Below are positions 24,251-36,752 of a stretch of DNA of 64,000 nt, piece by piece. The notes beneath the pieces were generated by a model that worked only from the letters and a program-made list of their open reading frames with translations, was not told where the DNA came from and searched no databases. The translations under genes and the position numbers were made by a program. This DNA comes from Takakia lepidozioides. Its lineage: Eukaryota; Plantae; Bryophyta. Within the stretch, counting starts at the first letter, position 1. Every line of letters begins with the position of its first letter. Location of the stretch: NCBI GenBank assembly GCA_030704615.1, contig CM060731.1:3534001-3598000 (forward strand), read 5' to 3'.

Positions 24251-25518
24251 CAAAATCGGTGTAAAATTCATGTAAAAATAAAGTATAATAAAGTCAATGC
24301 ATAATACTCAAGGTGCCGTCCAGGTGATCCTAGGCTCAAATCCTGGGTACCACATTGGACCCGTTACTGCGGTATTAGTAAAAGAAGGGTATAAGTAAAG
24401 GAAGGAATAAAGGTGGGGAGGGCTCGGTTTGGGCGCCGTTAGGTGAACAGGGCAGGCAGCCGCTTAACTGCCGCTTCTTCCCTGTTTTCCCGCCGTCTGT
24501 CTCTCTCCCTCTCTCGAACCCCTCGCGCACCACTCACCAATTGGGGCTGCAAATTCTGGCTCTTCTTGCCCCGGTCCTCGCCTCTGCCTGCGGAGGATTG
24601 TCTAATGAGCTGCAGCTTGTGCTCCATTCATTCAGACAATCATGTTCACTAGTCTCACAAGACTCTGATTCTCCCACTTTCTGTGTGTTTGGCGTGCGCA
24701 TTTGTTCTACCTGCATATCCAGAATTTCTTGGTTTTTTCCTCCTCCGTTTCTCCTTTGATCGAAATCTCGGTCCGTTGGATGAGTTTTTGAAAGAGCTAG
24801 GTTCTGCCGATGGATCCTCGAGTCACTAGCCTTCGAAGTTCGCATTATGTTTCTGTTTTCTGCAGTATCACGAAAATGCCCCGTGTTCTTCTAATTGATA
24901 CTATTTTTTCAGTCTTGGGAGGTTGTATGGGAAATATATATCATGTCATGTGACTGGGGAATTTTCGGCCAAAGCTGTTCCAAGTCCGAAATTTTCCTCG
25001 GGGAGCGAGGAACGTTAATGTAGTGTAGCATTGCAGATGGTCCCGGTCTCTTCTCCTTCAACACTACATCATTGCTTCTGTTCTCTCTTCCGCTCTTCTC
25101 TCTCTCTCTCACTCACACGAACACACACATATAGCAGGTCTAAAGGAGAAGCTTTCCAGTAATTCCGGATGCTACATCAATTTGGCAGCCTGAAGAAGAA
25201 AAGGGCTAAGGAGCAAGACCTACTCCATGAAGAGCTGAATCTATGCTTGGACGTGCCCTCAGGAGCTTCTGAGGTCCTCCAAAGCTCCCTCCTTCTGCCC
25301 TCTAATTTGGGAATTTAACTGCAGGAGCTCAATGCTTCAATTTCCTCTTCACAATTCGCTAAAGTCGGTATGAAAAGTATGGATGCTCAAATGGCTGACA
25401 ATTGACATGACAATCGTGAACTTAAGAGTCCAACTGCACAAATCTCAGAGTTGCCTGTTTGACTTTGAAGATATTGTGAGGATATTTAAATGTTGGCTTC
25501 AATCAGGTAAACAGCCTT

Positions 25519-28500
25519 ATGGGGTTCGAGGTCGAAGATTATGCCAGGGTCTGCGGCATGGAAAGCAGCTCCACTCTGTTTGAAAAAATTGTTCCTGTGC
25601 GAGTCACTAAGTGTAATTCAGAAGACCGGCACATGGATCTCACTGCAAGGTTCGTCATGGGCTTGAGTAAGGTTCATCGCACTACCAAGGTTGGTTCCGA
25701 GATCCTCGCAGCTCCTATTCCTTGATGTGGGGGAATGTAGCAAGGGAAGGGGGACCAAGTAGAAGTAGTCGTCGGGTATGATGGACAGCCATGTGCATCG
25801 GCGACGCTGACGTCCTTGACTGCCTCACACTAGAGATTGCCTCTCTATCATACAAGAGAGGCGTCTAATATGTAGTAAGGAAATAAATAGACCTATCCAC
25901 CTGCATTTCACCTTTCAATGACTGTAAGCAGGGGAGACCTCAACATTTGTACATCTAGTTTTTGTGACATGAATATATTGGCCAAGATGGTAAGCATAGG
26001 CTCACTTTCAGCATTTTTACATGGTCAGGCAAACTGCGCTTCTCAGCTCACCAGGCAGACAATTAGGATTAGGCATTGCAAGGGATTCGATATGTGCGAT
26101 GCACATATACTTACGTACCTAGGATCACTAGCTCTGCAGGGCTCAGGGGTGGAGAGAGAGAACATGCGACAAGCTGAAATACAGAGGTAGACATCTGTAG
26201 AATCTTAGAAAGCAACCAATTAGAAAGCAGTCAGACAAATTATACGAAGACCTTCTGAAGATGACACTGACACACCACAGGTCCTCCAAGTGCAAATCAC
26301 AAACGAGTTGGATCCTTTTTTTTTCTACTCACTCGAGGTGAATGAGGACGATTTCCAGAGCCTGAAAGTGGAACAGTGCATACTGGTGGATTTTTCATCG
26401 TTTCCTTACAAGTTTATTGAGTTGCTGGAACAGTGCATTGTTTCTGCATCTAGTGACAACCCCAGGTCTGTAGCTTCTTGTCAACTACCAATTGTTTTAT
26501 TGATCAGTTGGTTTGGGTTGCACTTGGATGGGCTTTTCTCTGTCTTGGTCAGTCACGTGATCAAGACAAAGGTTTGCCCATGTTGTGAGGCATGATTCAT
26601 ATGAAGTGGCATAGAAACATGAAGATGGGCTATTTTAGGGCACCAGATAGGGTGAAACTTAGAATATGACCTGAATGTAGGAGGGCTTGCTCATAGTGCT
26701 CTCTTGAATTGTGATGTCCGGATGAACAGCGAAGTGAATTCTTTGTGCTATGCATTTTTTTGTTAAACTCAGCAGCTACCTTCAATTGGAATGCCAATAT
26801 ATGCAACTCTGTCAAGAAGGTGCTAGTTGGGACTAGCCCAGGGCAAGAATCATCCAACAGACATAGTAAATTTCCTCCTTTCTGTCTTTCATCGCCAGAG
26901 GTTGCCCGGCACCATGGAGAAAGTCCAGCAGGTATCTGTGTAGGGGCAAGTGCAAACTTATGTTTTAAAAAGTGAAGTGAGTGTTGGCATGGTTTTGTCT
27001 CCGTGCATATTGTTGTTTTATTCAGACAGTGGACATATGTGCAGGTTCTTGGCAATCTTGCACATTCGAACTGGAGATTCTACCTTCACTGTGGTGGAGA
27101 CCAACCAGTTCAAGCACCTTAGTCATCTTTCCCTTGTATTTCGGCAAGGGAATGATACTGTCATCAAACAGTTTCTTGCAGGAAGGCTTGCGGAGTACAA
27201 GGTAATTATTCATATTCTGTTGGCCTCTTGTAGGGGGAATGATCCCTCACAGCTGCTTTTTTTATTACAATGTTGCTTCACACACAGTTGTCAAACCAGT
27301 GGGCAACCGAGGAAGATTTTAACACCCAGTCTGATTGTTGTCGCTTGTTGGGCATGGATTTATGATTTGGCTACTTGCTGGTGTGTGTATAGTATGTGGA
27401 TCAGTAATGTCCCGTTCTTGTTGGAAGCTAACACAGTTTCACTACCGGAGGTTACAAAGTATATCAGATGTGACTTCTTGCACGTCCACGTTCCGACACT
27501 AGATTTCCAACGCCTTACTTTCCGTGAAATAAACAATGGTGACTATTTTATGGCACAGTCCATCAATGGTGACATGCATGAAAAATTACGGCGTACGCTG
27601 CATTCACTGGAGAAGGCGCTGCGGGATGCCAACAGTTTGAGCAGGTGATCATGGGTACCTCTGCCTTTCCATAGAAGCTTTTGTATATCTTTTGGGGTCT
27701 TGCTCAATCAACAGATCTTTTCAGGACTCACCTCCTCTGTAGGGTAAGGGGTGTCCCCCCAAAACTTTAAAAACCTTGAACACACTCTCAGACAGTATGA
27801 CACACACACACACACACACACACAAAATCATGTGCACATGTTACATACACTATCTTGTCAATCTTCAATCCTAGTGTCTGCTGTCATCATTATCAGCTTT
27901 TGGTCTTGCACTGATTTCCTCATCTGTTTGATGCCCTATTTATTATGTCAGCCTGTGTGGGGAAACCATGTAAAGTCACCAGATAATATAAGGTTCAACT
28001 AACCACCAGACATTGCATCAGCAGTTACTTTTCTGAGCTGTAATATAGTGTATGATACTTTGTGACACATCTACCATTCTCTTGGGAAGTTATTGAACAG
28101 CTTGTGCTGCAGCTACAGCTGTGTATTGGCTCAAGTGCTTCAAGCATCACATTAATTTAGCCTGTAATTTGCTTTCCCATGGAAACAGAGAAGAGGAATC
28201 ATTTTCAAGCCAAGATTCAAAGTTGCAATACCTTAACTACTCCTGCAAGACATTGTGAAGCTAGAATCATGGTTATTTCCAGACTTTACCTAATAGTCTC
28301 TTGGAGACCACTGCTAAGCAACTCTGTCTCTCCCATGCCTTTCATCCACGCATGCAGCGAACTTGGTGAGCTGAAGGAGAACCAGTGTCGAGCAATCAGT
28401 GAGCTGAAAGCTGAATACACTCTGGAGCTTGCTCATGAGAAAGAAAAGGTTTGCTGTAAAAAGAATTGCTGACAGTGTTTTGAACCCATCTCAAACAAGT

Positions 28501-31500
28501 TTCTTATTGAATCATACCCTGTAAATAGTGTTGGAAGCAAAGACTGATTAAAGTAAGGATTATCTAACCCCCACTGGAATGGGTCCTTGAATCTGAAGTA
28601 CCCATCATCCATTCGACATCTTGTCCTCACAGCTGGAAAACTGGTGGGTATTGTCTGCTCACATGTTAAGTTGACAGGGGCATTGGTAGACCTTAATAAG
28701 ACTAGACTGGTGCGAAGCATTCATAATAAGTTTTGCAGTTGAATGAAGATCCCTCAGTAGAAGTTTCTGCCATAAACTTCAAAGCTCAGCTGATATGGGA
28801 ATCTTCTCAAATGTCCACCAAGTAGTGTATCATGAAGAGCTTACACTGGCATGCTATTCAATCACAGGTTATGCATGAAACTGCTGAGCTGAAGGATCGA
28901 ATAGAAAGGGAACGAGGAGACTCAGAGTACCGTCTTCGGCAGCAAATCGACTCACAACAGGAACGAGCCAGTGAACTGGACAAACAGGTATTTTAATTTA
29001 ATTAAACTGTTTAGCAGACCAATGTACTCTCAGTTTGTGTTGGATCAGGATATTTGAGCATCCAGGTCTGTGTAAATATGTGTGATTGGAAGTGCAGGTG
29101 CGGACATTGCTAGATACCAAGTACAAGCTGGATACTAGGGTTACAGATCTGCGAACAAAGTTTGTGACTGTTGAAAAGGATTTGGATGACAAAATCCAGG
29201 TTCCCCTCTCCTGCCTTGTCTAACCTTTGCACTTCTGCAAACAGGTCTCATCCAATATCTCAATCTTGCTGGAGTTGTGGATGGAGAGTATTGCACTAGG
29301 ACGATCCTTTCGTCAGCCTGATCCTTGTTTGTGCTTTTGTTGAAGGAATGCTTCGTATGAACTTGCTTTTTATTCAGTTGTGGGGATGAGAACAGGAATG
29401 TGAGCGACTAAGGAGAGAGAACCGAAGCCTGGACACAGAGAAACATGAGGGAGCGAAACAGCTCAATCGACACCTCATTCGCCTCAGCGCACTTGAACAG
29501 GAAGTATGTAGCACACCTCCCTGACGACCTGTTGGTTGCTTCATAAACACTGACTGGGCTCCTTAAATGATTGATAGTTTTATTCCCTTCATGTATGGCT
29601 CATGCATGTTGCCTGGTGCAGGTTTCAGATAAAAATGAGATACTCAGTAATTTGACAATGCAGCTTGAAGCTCAAGCCTCCCACAGGTAGGTTACCTCAT
29701 TACTTTACTGTTATATTTTCCAAATTGATCAAATACACTCTTTGTACCCATCTGGTGATGTTATGGTGTACTACATTGGACAATGATGTGCTTATTTGCT
29801 TGCTCATCTGATTGGTGGAGCTTATATTTCAGAGAACTAACAATAGTTGACTAACACGTAATTATCTTCTCTCTCTTGCAATCTTAACCATTGAAAGGCT
29901 TGAAAAGAGATATCCTAGACTGTGATCCATTAGGAAGAGATGGCGTTGGCCAAACCCATATGCCTGACAGATTCCTTCATGCCTCCAATTTGAAGTAGGT
30001 GATCTTTTATTTGCACCGGCCTCACTTTGTACTTCACAATGTACAATATTGTTCGCTTTTGGCAATTCTACATTTGCCTCCATCTCATGAGGCATATGAT
30101 TGGAAACTTCTTTCACAGGCCAATGTTGCCTTCAATATTGGTTCTTGGTAATGGGTTTGAAGGAGGGCAGACGATGCCAGACCCTCAAGAGTTTCCTCAG
30201 ACAGGAGTGTCTTTCACATATCAAGGGATGGAGGGGCTTGTAAAGTTCTGTGAGCCATTGATTGATGATATGAGTGAGCATCGCAGGGCAGCATTGGAGG
30301 GATCATGGAAGGAGGCACAGACAGCAGCTGATCGTGCCGAAGAGAGGGCAACGGCTAGCTCTGCTGAAATTAGCAAGTGCTACCAGATCATTGAGAAACT
30401 GCAGGTGTGGCCTATTGTGACTTCACTTCATGAGTTGCAAAATTTAATTGTCAAATCTGGTCCACCTTTGACAGTGTACCTTCCGTCAAGCTCTCTTCAC
30501 CTGATCTCATCTCATGGTGACTCTGTCCATCTTTTTGTACGTATGCCTCGCTCTCCCTTTCTTTCCGTAATCCATGGGCCTCGTGTTGTTTATGGATCTG
30601 AAAGGTGGAGCTGCGATCGGCAAAGCAAAAGGTGAAGCTAAAAGGACAGGTGACCACACAGCAAGACAGTCTGTTGACTGAACGGCAGGCCACCATCGAG
30701 AAGGTACAGGAAGATAACCATAACTTGCGGCGTGAGCTGAGCAACTTGAAGGAGGAGCAGGACGAAAACAAAAAGAAGGTATGATTGGAGCTTGAAATCA
30801 ATGTTGGTTCAAGTAAATGTGGAGCATGCAAGTAGCCTTATGAACAAGTTTTTCCTTCCCAGCTATGTGGTCGTATGGCTTGTGTCACTTATTCTGATTG
30901 ATCAAGACAGCATCGGTGCATACTGTAACCTACATTTCAAGGTGGGAATTGCCATGTGACAGGCGGAAGAAGTGAGTGCCAAGTTGGAGGAAGCACAGGA
31001 TCTTGTGAAGTCTAACCAACAAATGATCCAGTAGGCTGATTTCACCCCTTTTGGTCCCAGTTGCTTGTTCTCTACTGTATGCAACAGTCCTAGTAACGTC
31101 CATTACTGTGGAGCATCGGAAATAAATTCACAGTTATGTTAGCAGCTACATTGGAAATAACAAATTGTGAAATGCACACTGTGTGAGATTTCTCCAGGCT
31201 AGCTACTAGCAGTTTGCAACAGTTCATTTCTTTTGTAGTTCTGGTGCACAGAATGAGTTTTGATGAAGAATGTTGTGGTGATGAATGCAGGTGGTTGAAT
31301 CAGCAGTTAACAGAGGCTCAATTGGGAAAGCTAGGTAGTACGGCATCATCTCGCTACAATACCTTTACCCGGTCCAACAATAATGCGCTGTGCTACTCTT
31401 CCTGTCTGACAGGCAATAGACCAGGTGAAGTGACCACACCTCTCTCATCCAACAGCTCCCTGGGAGGGATGTCGGCCTCCACCACATTCAAGACTCAGTT

Positions 31501-32899
31501 TCCATCAATGTCACCCTTCTTGGTGTCGACAACAGCTCCCTTCACAGGTGTTGCAACCAGCCAGGTGAAGCCCCAACCTGGCCTCACTGGGTTTTGCTCA
31601 ACTCCATCACTAGCTGGGAGCCAGCGCTCGATGTATGTGCCTGTTGCCAAAACAACTGTCCAAGCGGCCCAAAAAGTGCAGTACAAGCCCAAGTCTGGGC
31701 TGACTGCCACCTCCTTTGGTATGGGCTCCAATGCACAGACTTGCTCCTATGCTGGCTGTACAATGCCCATGGATAGTCCAGTGCTAAATGCCTGGGATGA
31801 CTCTGGTTCCTGGGGATCCAAGCAGAGCATATTGCCACGCCCGCAGCTTTCATTTGCAGACAGGTCCAGCCTTTCTTTTGGAATCTGAATTATGGAGCCT
31901 GAGTTTATTTTTGCTATTACGTGGCCAGCTGTGTTGATTCATGCTAGATTTGTTAGAGAGACTGGCTAGTGAACTGGTGGACAGGGGACTTGCAAGATCC
32001 AATCTCTTTGTAGCTAGGGAAACAGTTGTAAGTTGTGTAACAGTGTATTAGCGACTAATACAGTGGTTTGGGTGCGAAGTACTGTGAAATCCACATGGTA
32101 CTAGGAAGAAAGTCTTGTTTATGCTGTAGTGAGCCGCAAACATGGCTTGATTATAGGACTCCTGCTCTGTTGCCCTTATCTTAAGACCCTAACTTCTGTC
32201 TAATTTTTGCTTTGTACTTGCACAGGTCTGGTTACAGTAAAACCTCGAATTCCCTTGGTAAAGGTGCCACCAACAACAGTGGAGGTGACTGCTGTCATAG
32301 CAATTGCTCACAACCAGTGTCCCCAAATCAGCCCTCACCTTGTGGGAGACAGTCACCTCCAATCCCAAGTAGTGGTCACAGTGAGTTAAGTGGCTGCCGG
32401 GATGCAATGCCAATTGGTGTTGGCGGCAGTCGAGATGCAGTGGGAGGTGGCCACCGACCTCAGTCACCAAAAACCAAAAGTTGCTCAGTCCCGGGTGGGG
32501 ATGATTGGCAGCGACCACAGTCTCCCACCTGTAACAGTTTGCCAGCTTCTCGCTCACCTCGTGACGCTCGAATGAACTCTTCACCACCTCTACAATCAAG
32601 CACTAAAGGCCAAGGCCGGGAACAATCTTCCTCTCCCTCCCGTTCCAAACTGAAGTCTCCGCCGAACCGCTCCCCATCAAAGAACCATTTCTCTCGTAGG
32701 TAACACTAGTTCAGACTTTGCCTACAGTATTTATTTGGGGCTTGGGGCTTGGGCTAGTGTTGCATTCAACACCAAGGGGAGGTCACGGGCGTCTATTCTC
32801 CCACTTCATTTTTTGTACAGAATTCCAAAATCTCGCATGGTTTCCAAAGTTTCAGATTGCAGTTGTCTGCACTATTTTGTAGTCAGGATTTTGGCTTAG
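25519..32899 (+). CDS. SAS6: Spindle assembly abnormal protein 6 homolog (centriole cartwheel protein)
   Basis: In-frame GT-AG exons 25519-25689, 26281-26465, 27045-27201, 27559-27644, 28358-28448, 28868-28987, 29098-29199, 29396-29503, 29622-29686, 30287-30404, 30605-30778, 30963-31030, 31291-31863 (or read-through to the stop at 31888). Probable further exons 32226-32699 and 32821-32899. PISA motif DPFFFYSLEVNEDDFQSLKVEQCILVDFSSFP, head loop VVETNQFKHLSHLSL, long coiled coil ending NQQMIQWLNQQLTE. The 3' end is less certain than the gene identity. Confidence 0.93.
27801..27824. repeat. (CA)12 microsatellite in a SAS6 intron
   Basis: Seen directly. Confidence 0.95.
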
Positions 32900-33470
32900 T
32901 GACCGTGTTTTGTTTTCTTGTGCGTTCATGGTCCCATGAACTCAGCAGTGTAGACCTTTACGTATGTGAAGGGAGGAGGCCCCAGGAATCGGTTGCAATA
33001 GAGAGTCTCTGCCATCGCATATATTCCTTCCATCCACCCAACTCTGCTAAGAAATTCGCTTCTGACCCAAGTTTTCCCTGGAGTCTTCTAGTGTTGATAA
33101 TTGAGGATCAGATGTGGATAAAGTCTCATGAACTAAGAGGAACCTGCTGATGGGGTTACCCTCAGACAAACTGGGAAGAATTGGACGTCGGCCACGGTGA
33201 TAAAAAAATGATTAGGCAACCTTGGCTTTAACAAAACATACCTGTGCAGACGATGGGAACAGCAGAGGAAAGTGCACATCTGCTCAGAAACTCTAAGTCC
33301 CTCCATGCACATGCAATTTGGGTACCTAAGAGGATGGGGGTGAGAGATAGAGGGATGTGTGAGGTGTACTGATAGAGATGCGAATGACAGACTCACAAAT
33401 AATCTCACTTATACTTATGCACTACCTCCTTGCAAGCAAAAAACAAACGATGGTCAAAACTTGTGGAATT

Positions 33471-34910
33471 TCACTCCCAATCTTCAGGATCCTCGCTTTC
33501 AGGAAGAGGTGGCCTCAAAGCGATCAAAACTTTGCCAAGTACTCTTCCAGAAACCCTTGTTCCCACCCTTACACTCAGTCCTTGCCCATCCTCTGACGGG
33601 ACAACAAACAAGCTCTCACTATCGTTAGGCTCCCTGATGCCCTTGTCTACCACTAAAAGCACGGGCTCTTTACTTGCAGATGTTTTTCCTTTTCCTTTGT
33701 TAGCTTTCAGAGGTAGAAGGCTTGCGTCGGGGAAGAGCACTCCCACTGGTGCTACTGAGGACGTGATGGAGGGCCACCCCGGCAATGGGATCCATGCTTT
33801 CCACGAAGATTCACACTTGCAGACCTTGAAAGGACCCTCTCCAAGGGCTCCTCTCGAGGGTGCTTCTTCTAATGCACTCGATGTGGCTTCAGCTACTGGT
33901 AAGATGATCGGCAGGTGTGATCCTGCTGCTTCCTCAGATAATCGCAGGACTTGAAGATATGTGTTTTCCACCATATCCGTGTCGCTGGAAGCTTCTCCTC
34001 CCTTTAATTCAGCTACAGCTTCCAAGAGCCTGGAACGGGCCTTCTTGGTGACTGCATAATCCAATGCCTTGGTCAAAACTGCCTCTATGTCAATCAGTTC
34101 CTTGTACTCTCTGGATTGCCTGAAGCAGGCGAAGGCCAGGCAGTCGCCCGGGGAAGAAGAGAAATCGCTCCACCCGTCCACGCCCTTCCTTCTGTCAAAA
34201 TCCTTCATCGCACGAGCTAATTCTGTTGCATCCTTGGGATCCAGTCTTCTCTCTATCACAAACTCAGCTGACGCTTTCCTCTGCTCAGCCGACAGAATCC
34301 GCAGCTCGTAGAGTAGTTCAGCACCTCCTATATCGAAAAAAGACAGTGCTGCTTCATCAAACCCGCTCAGCTTCAGAGAGGAGCGAACTTGGGATGCCAC
34401 CACAATCCGGTTCTGCTCCACGCCTGTCATCCCTGTGGCCTCGTCAATCATGGATGGGTTGTAGCCTACTCTTGTCAGGGCAGGTACTACAGAAGCATAT
34501 TCGTGCCAAAGACCTCGTCTCTCTCGCAAGATTTCCAGCTGTTCTTCTGTGGTTTGCGCTCCAGAAAGCGGACCAGGAGTGGGTGGAGGGCGGAAAGGCT
34601 GGTAAACACCCCTCCCGCCCGATGCCATGCACACGACATGCTTCCGTCTTTCTGCCTTGTTACTGCACCCAAGTTTTGCACAACGCATTTGAAACCCTCT
34701 CCACCCATCTCTGCCTTGAGGATCCAAGCTAACCCTCACCAGGTGGGACTCACAACTCCTCCATCCACTCAAAACATGGGCAACACCAACCCCAGCTTCC
34801 ATTCTGCTCCTCACATTCACACCACTCCTTGCCATCACGGTATCCATTGCTCTCGAGCATTTGAAAGCAGGGTCATGTGAGAAGAACCCATTGCAGCTGC
34901 TCACATTCAT
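33471..34910 (-). CDS. RAF1: Rubisco accumulation factor 1, chloroplastic (intronless)
   Basis: VYQPFRPPP...LEILRERRGLWHEYA...IDEATGMTGVEQNRIVVASQVRSSL, LLYELRILSAEQR, PGDCLAF, W..LPGW, and an acidic C-tail ending DWE, after a transit-peptide-like N-terminus. First in-frame ATG is at 34910; the ORF-track start at 34958 is GTG. Confidence 0.96.
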   Translation of the reverse strand: MNVSSCNGFFSHDPAFKCSRAMDTVMARSGVNVRSRMEAGVGVAHVLSGWRSCESHLVRVSLDPQGRDGWRGFQMRCAKLGCSNKAERRKHVVCMASGGRGVYQPFRPPPTPGPLSGAQTTEEQLEILRERRGLWHEYASVVPALTRVGYNPSMIDEATGMTGVEQNRIVVASQVRSSLKLSGFDEAALSFFDIGGAELLYELRILSAEQRKASAEFVIERRLDPKDATELARAMKDFDRRKGVDGWSDFSSSPGDCLAFACFRQSREYKELIDIEAVLTKALDYAVTKKARSRLLEAVAELKGGEASSDTDMVENTYLQVLRLSEEAAGSHLPIILPVAEATSSALEEAPSRGALGEGPFKVCKCESSWKAWIPLPGWPSITSSVAPVGVLFPDASLLPLKANKGKGKTSASKEPVLLVVDKGIREPNDSESLFVVPSEDGQGLSVRVGTRVSGRVLGKVLIALRPPLPESEDPEDWE

Positions 34911-35174
34911 GACACTGCGTGCCACAAATTCACCAAAAGACCCACACAAGGCCTGCACACATGGGAGGAAAAAAACGGCGAACCAGCCAAAAACCGGCCG
35001 TGCTCACCGTGGCAGTCCGCTTCACACCATCGCTCACCCGAGGATGGTATCTGCTTATCCGCTTTTTTTTTTAATGTTATTCTTTAACAGAAAGGGGACG
35101 GAGGCCCCGTTAATTCTAGCGACGACCGCGGAAGCTAGTTTAGCGTAGCGTAGATATAGGGTGCCATAGTGTCT

Positions 35175-35580
35175 CGTCATCGTCGCCACGTTTTGTAGCC
35201 ACGCATCATCGTCAATTTTTTCACCACGTCATCATCGCCACGTCATCGTCACCATGTCATCGTAGCCACGTTTCGTAGCCACATCATCGTCGTCAATTTT
35301 GTCACCACGTCATCATCTCCACGTCATCGTCACCATGTTGTCATTGCCACGTCATTGTCACCATGTCATCATAGCCACGTTTCGTAGCCACGTCATCATC
35401 GTCGATTTTTTCACCACGTCATCATCGCCACGTCATTGTCACCATGTCATCGTAGCCACGTTTCGTAGCCACATCATCGTCGTCAATTTTGTCACCACGT
35501 CATCATCTCCACGTCATCGTCACCATGTTATCATTGCCACGTCATTGTCACCGTGTCATCGTCGCCACATCATCGTTGTC
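35175..35580. repeat. Compound tandem repeat: ~14-bp CATCRTCRCCACGT-type units within a 190-bp higher-order duplication
   Basis: The block TCACCACGTCATCATCGCCACGTCAT... starts at 35221 and again at 35411. Confidence 0.93.
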
Positions 35581-36525
35581 ATCAACTGTTTTGGACCCTG
35601 CCCGGACCTGCCCAAAAATAACGGGGAGAGGTTGCAGCGCGGAGAGAAGGGATGATTTGGTTTGAGCGCGGAGGGGTTTCACACAGCTTTCTCAGGCCCT
35701 ACATGGTGGATGCTGCACAACCTTTTCCATCTTGCAAATGTGGGCTCTTAGCTCCTGTTAGTACCATGATTTTGTGTTCTTCATGATGTTCACAAGGTTC
35801 TTGGGAGAGTCAGCTGCACCATGGTGGTTCTCACAGACCAATCCGACATTACCTGACTACGGACACAAGCAGCACACACAAGAGGTCCTTTTGGGTTGAT
35901 GGTCGGTCAAATCCTCCATAGGTCCGGAGACAAGGTCAAGGACAATGTGGTGAGGGTACCTTCTTCTTCGACCTATTTCAACCTGTTTTGCCCTCTCATT
36001 AGACTGGGCCATGAGATGCAATTCTGTAAGTTAGCTTGTTGGGTGGATCTGAGGTGGTTTGGAGTGACTTTGAAAGTATCCAAAAACAAATAACAGAGAT
36101 GAGGAGAAGTTTTGGAATGAACACTTTTCCGACCCCAGTCAATGGTGGGACAATGGAGACAAAAAGGTGAATGCGTGTTGGACTACAGAGAGAAGCAATG
36201 CGGGGACGAGCGAAGAGGGGTGTCTAGGAAGGACAACGAACGTTGAAGGTGAGAGCGGACTAGCAAAAACGGCCAAGTCCTAAGCCCTCTCACCGCAACA
36301 TGGGGAGCAATTACTTGTTTCTTTCCCCTTTCTCTACTAAAAAATAAATCTTAAAATGAAAAAAATATGGAGAAATATGACATAAGGGCCTCTGCAGTGG
36401 AGTGCCCAAAATGTGGCTGCGGTTGTTCATTTGACTAACACTTTGGTCATTTGGCCCGCGGATACTTTAGACATGGGCGTTCAGTCAATGGAAAGCTCAA
36501 TGTCCATGTGGCACTCCAGTCTGCT

Positions 36526-36533
36526 CACGTGGC
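36526..36533 (+). promoter_or_regulatory. G-box/ABRE (CACGTGGC) upstream of the EUL lectin gene
   Basis: Exact motif about 220 bp before the ATG. EUL/OSR40 genes are known to be ABA-responsive in angiosperms. Confidence 0.5.
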
Positions 36534-36752
36534 CATTTCCAGCGGCCAACAGCTATGACACACGGGCTACTGTCGAGTCAGACACCTCCCTACTGCCAGG
36601 TATTTCCTTTCCGTCCACGATGGACAGATTCTAGAGAATGATTCCCATTGGGTCCCACTATAGACTGGACTCTCGTCTCTCTCTCTCTTCTCTCTCTCTC
36701 GTGTAGTCGTCCTCGCAGTTCGATCGGTCTGCACGCTAGTGCTCGCACAAGC

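Noticed and set aside
33430-34880. Plus-strand ORFs of 80-174 aa overlapping RAF1
   Set aside because: Antisense shadows of a GC-rich real gene.
35299-35655. His-rich 118-aa ORF
   Set aside because: Translation of the CATCAT/CCACGT tandem repeat with a non-ATG start.
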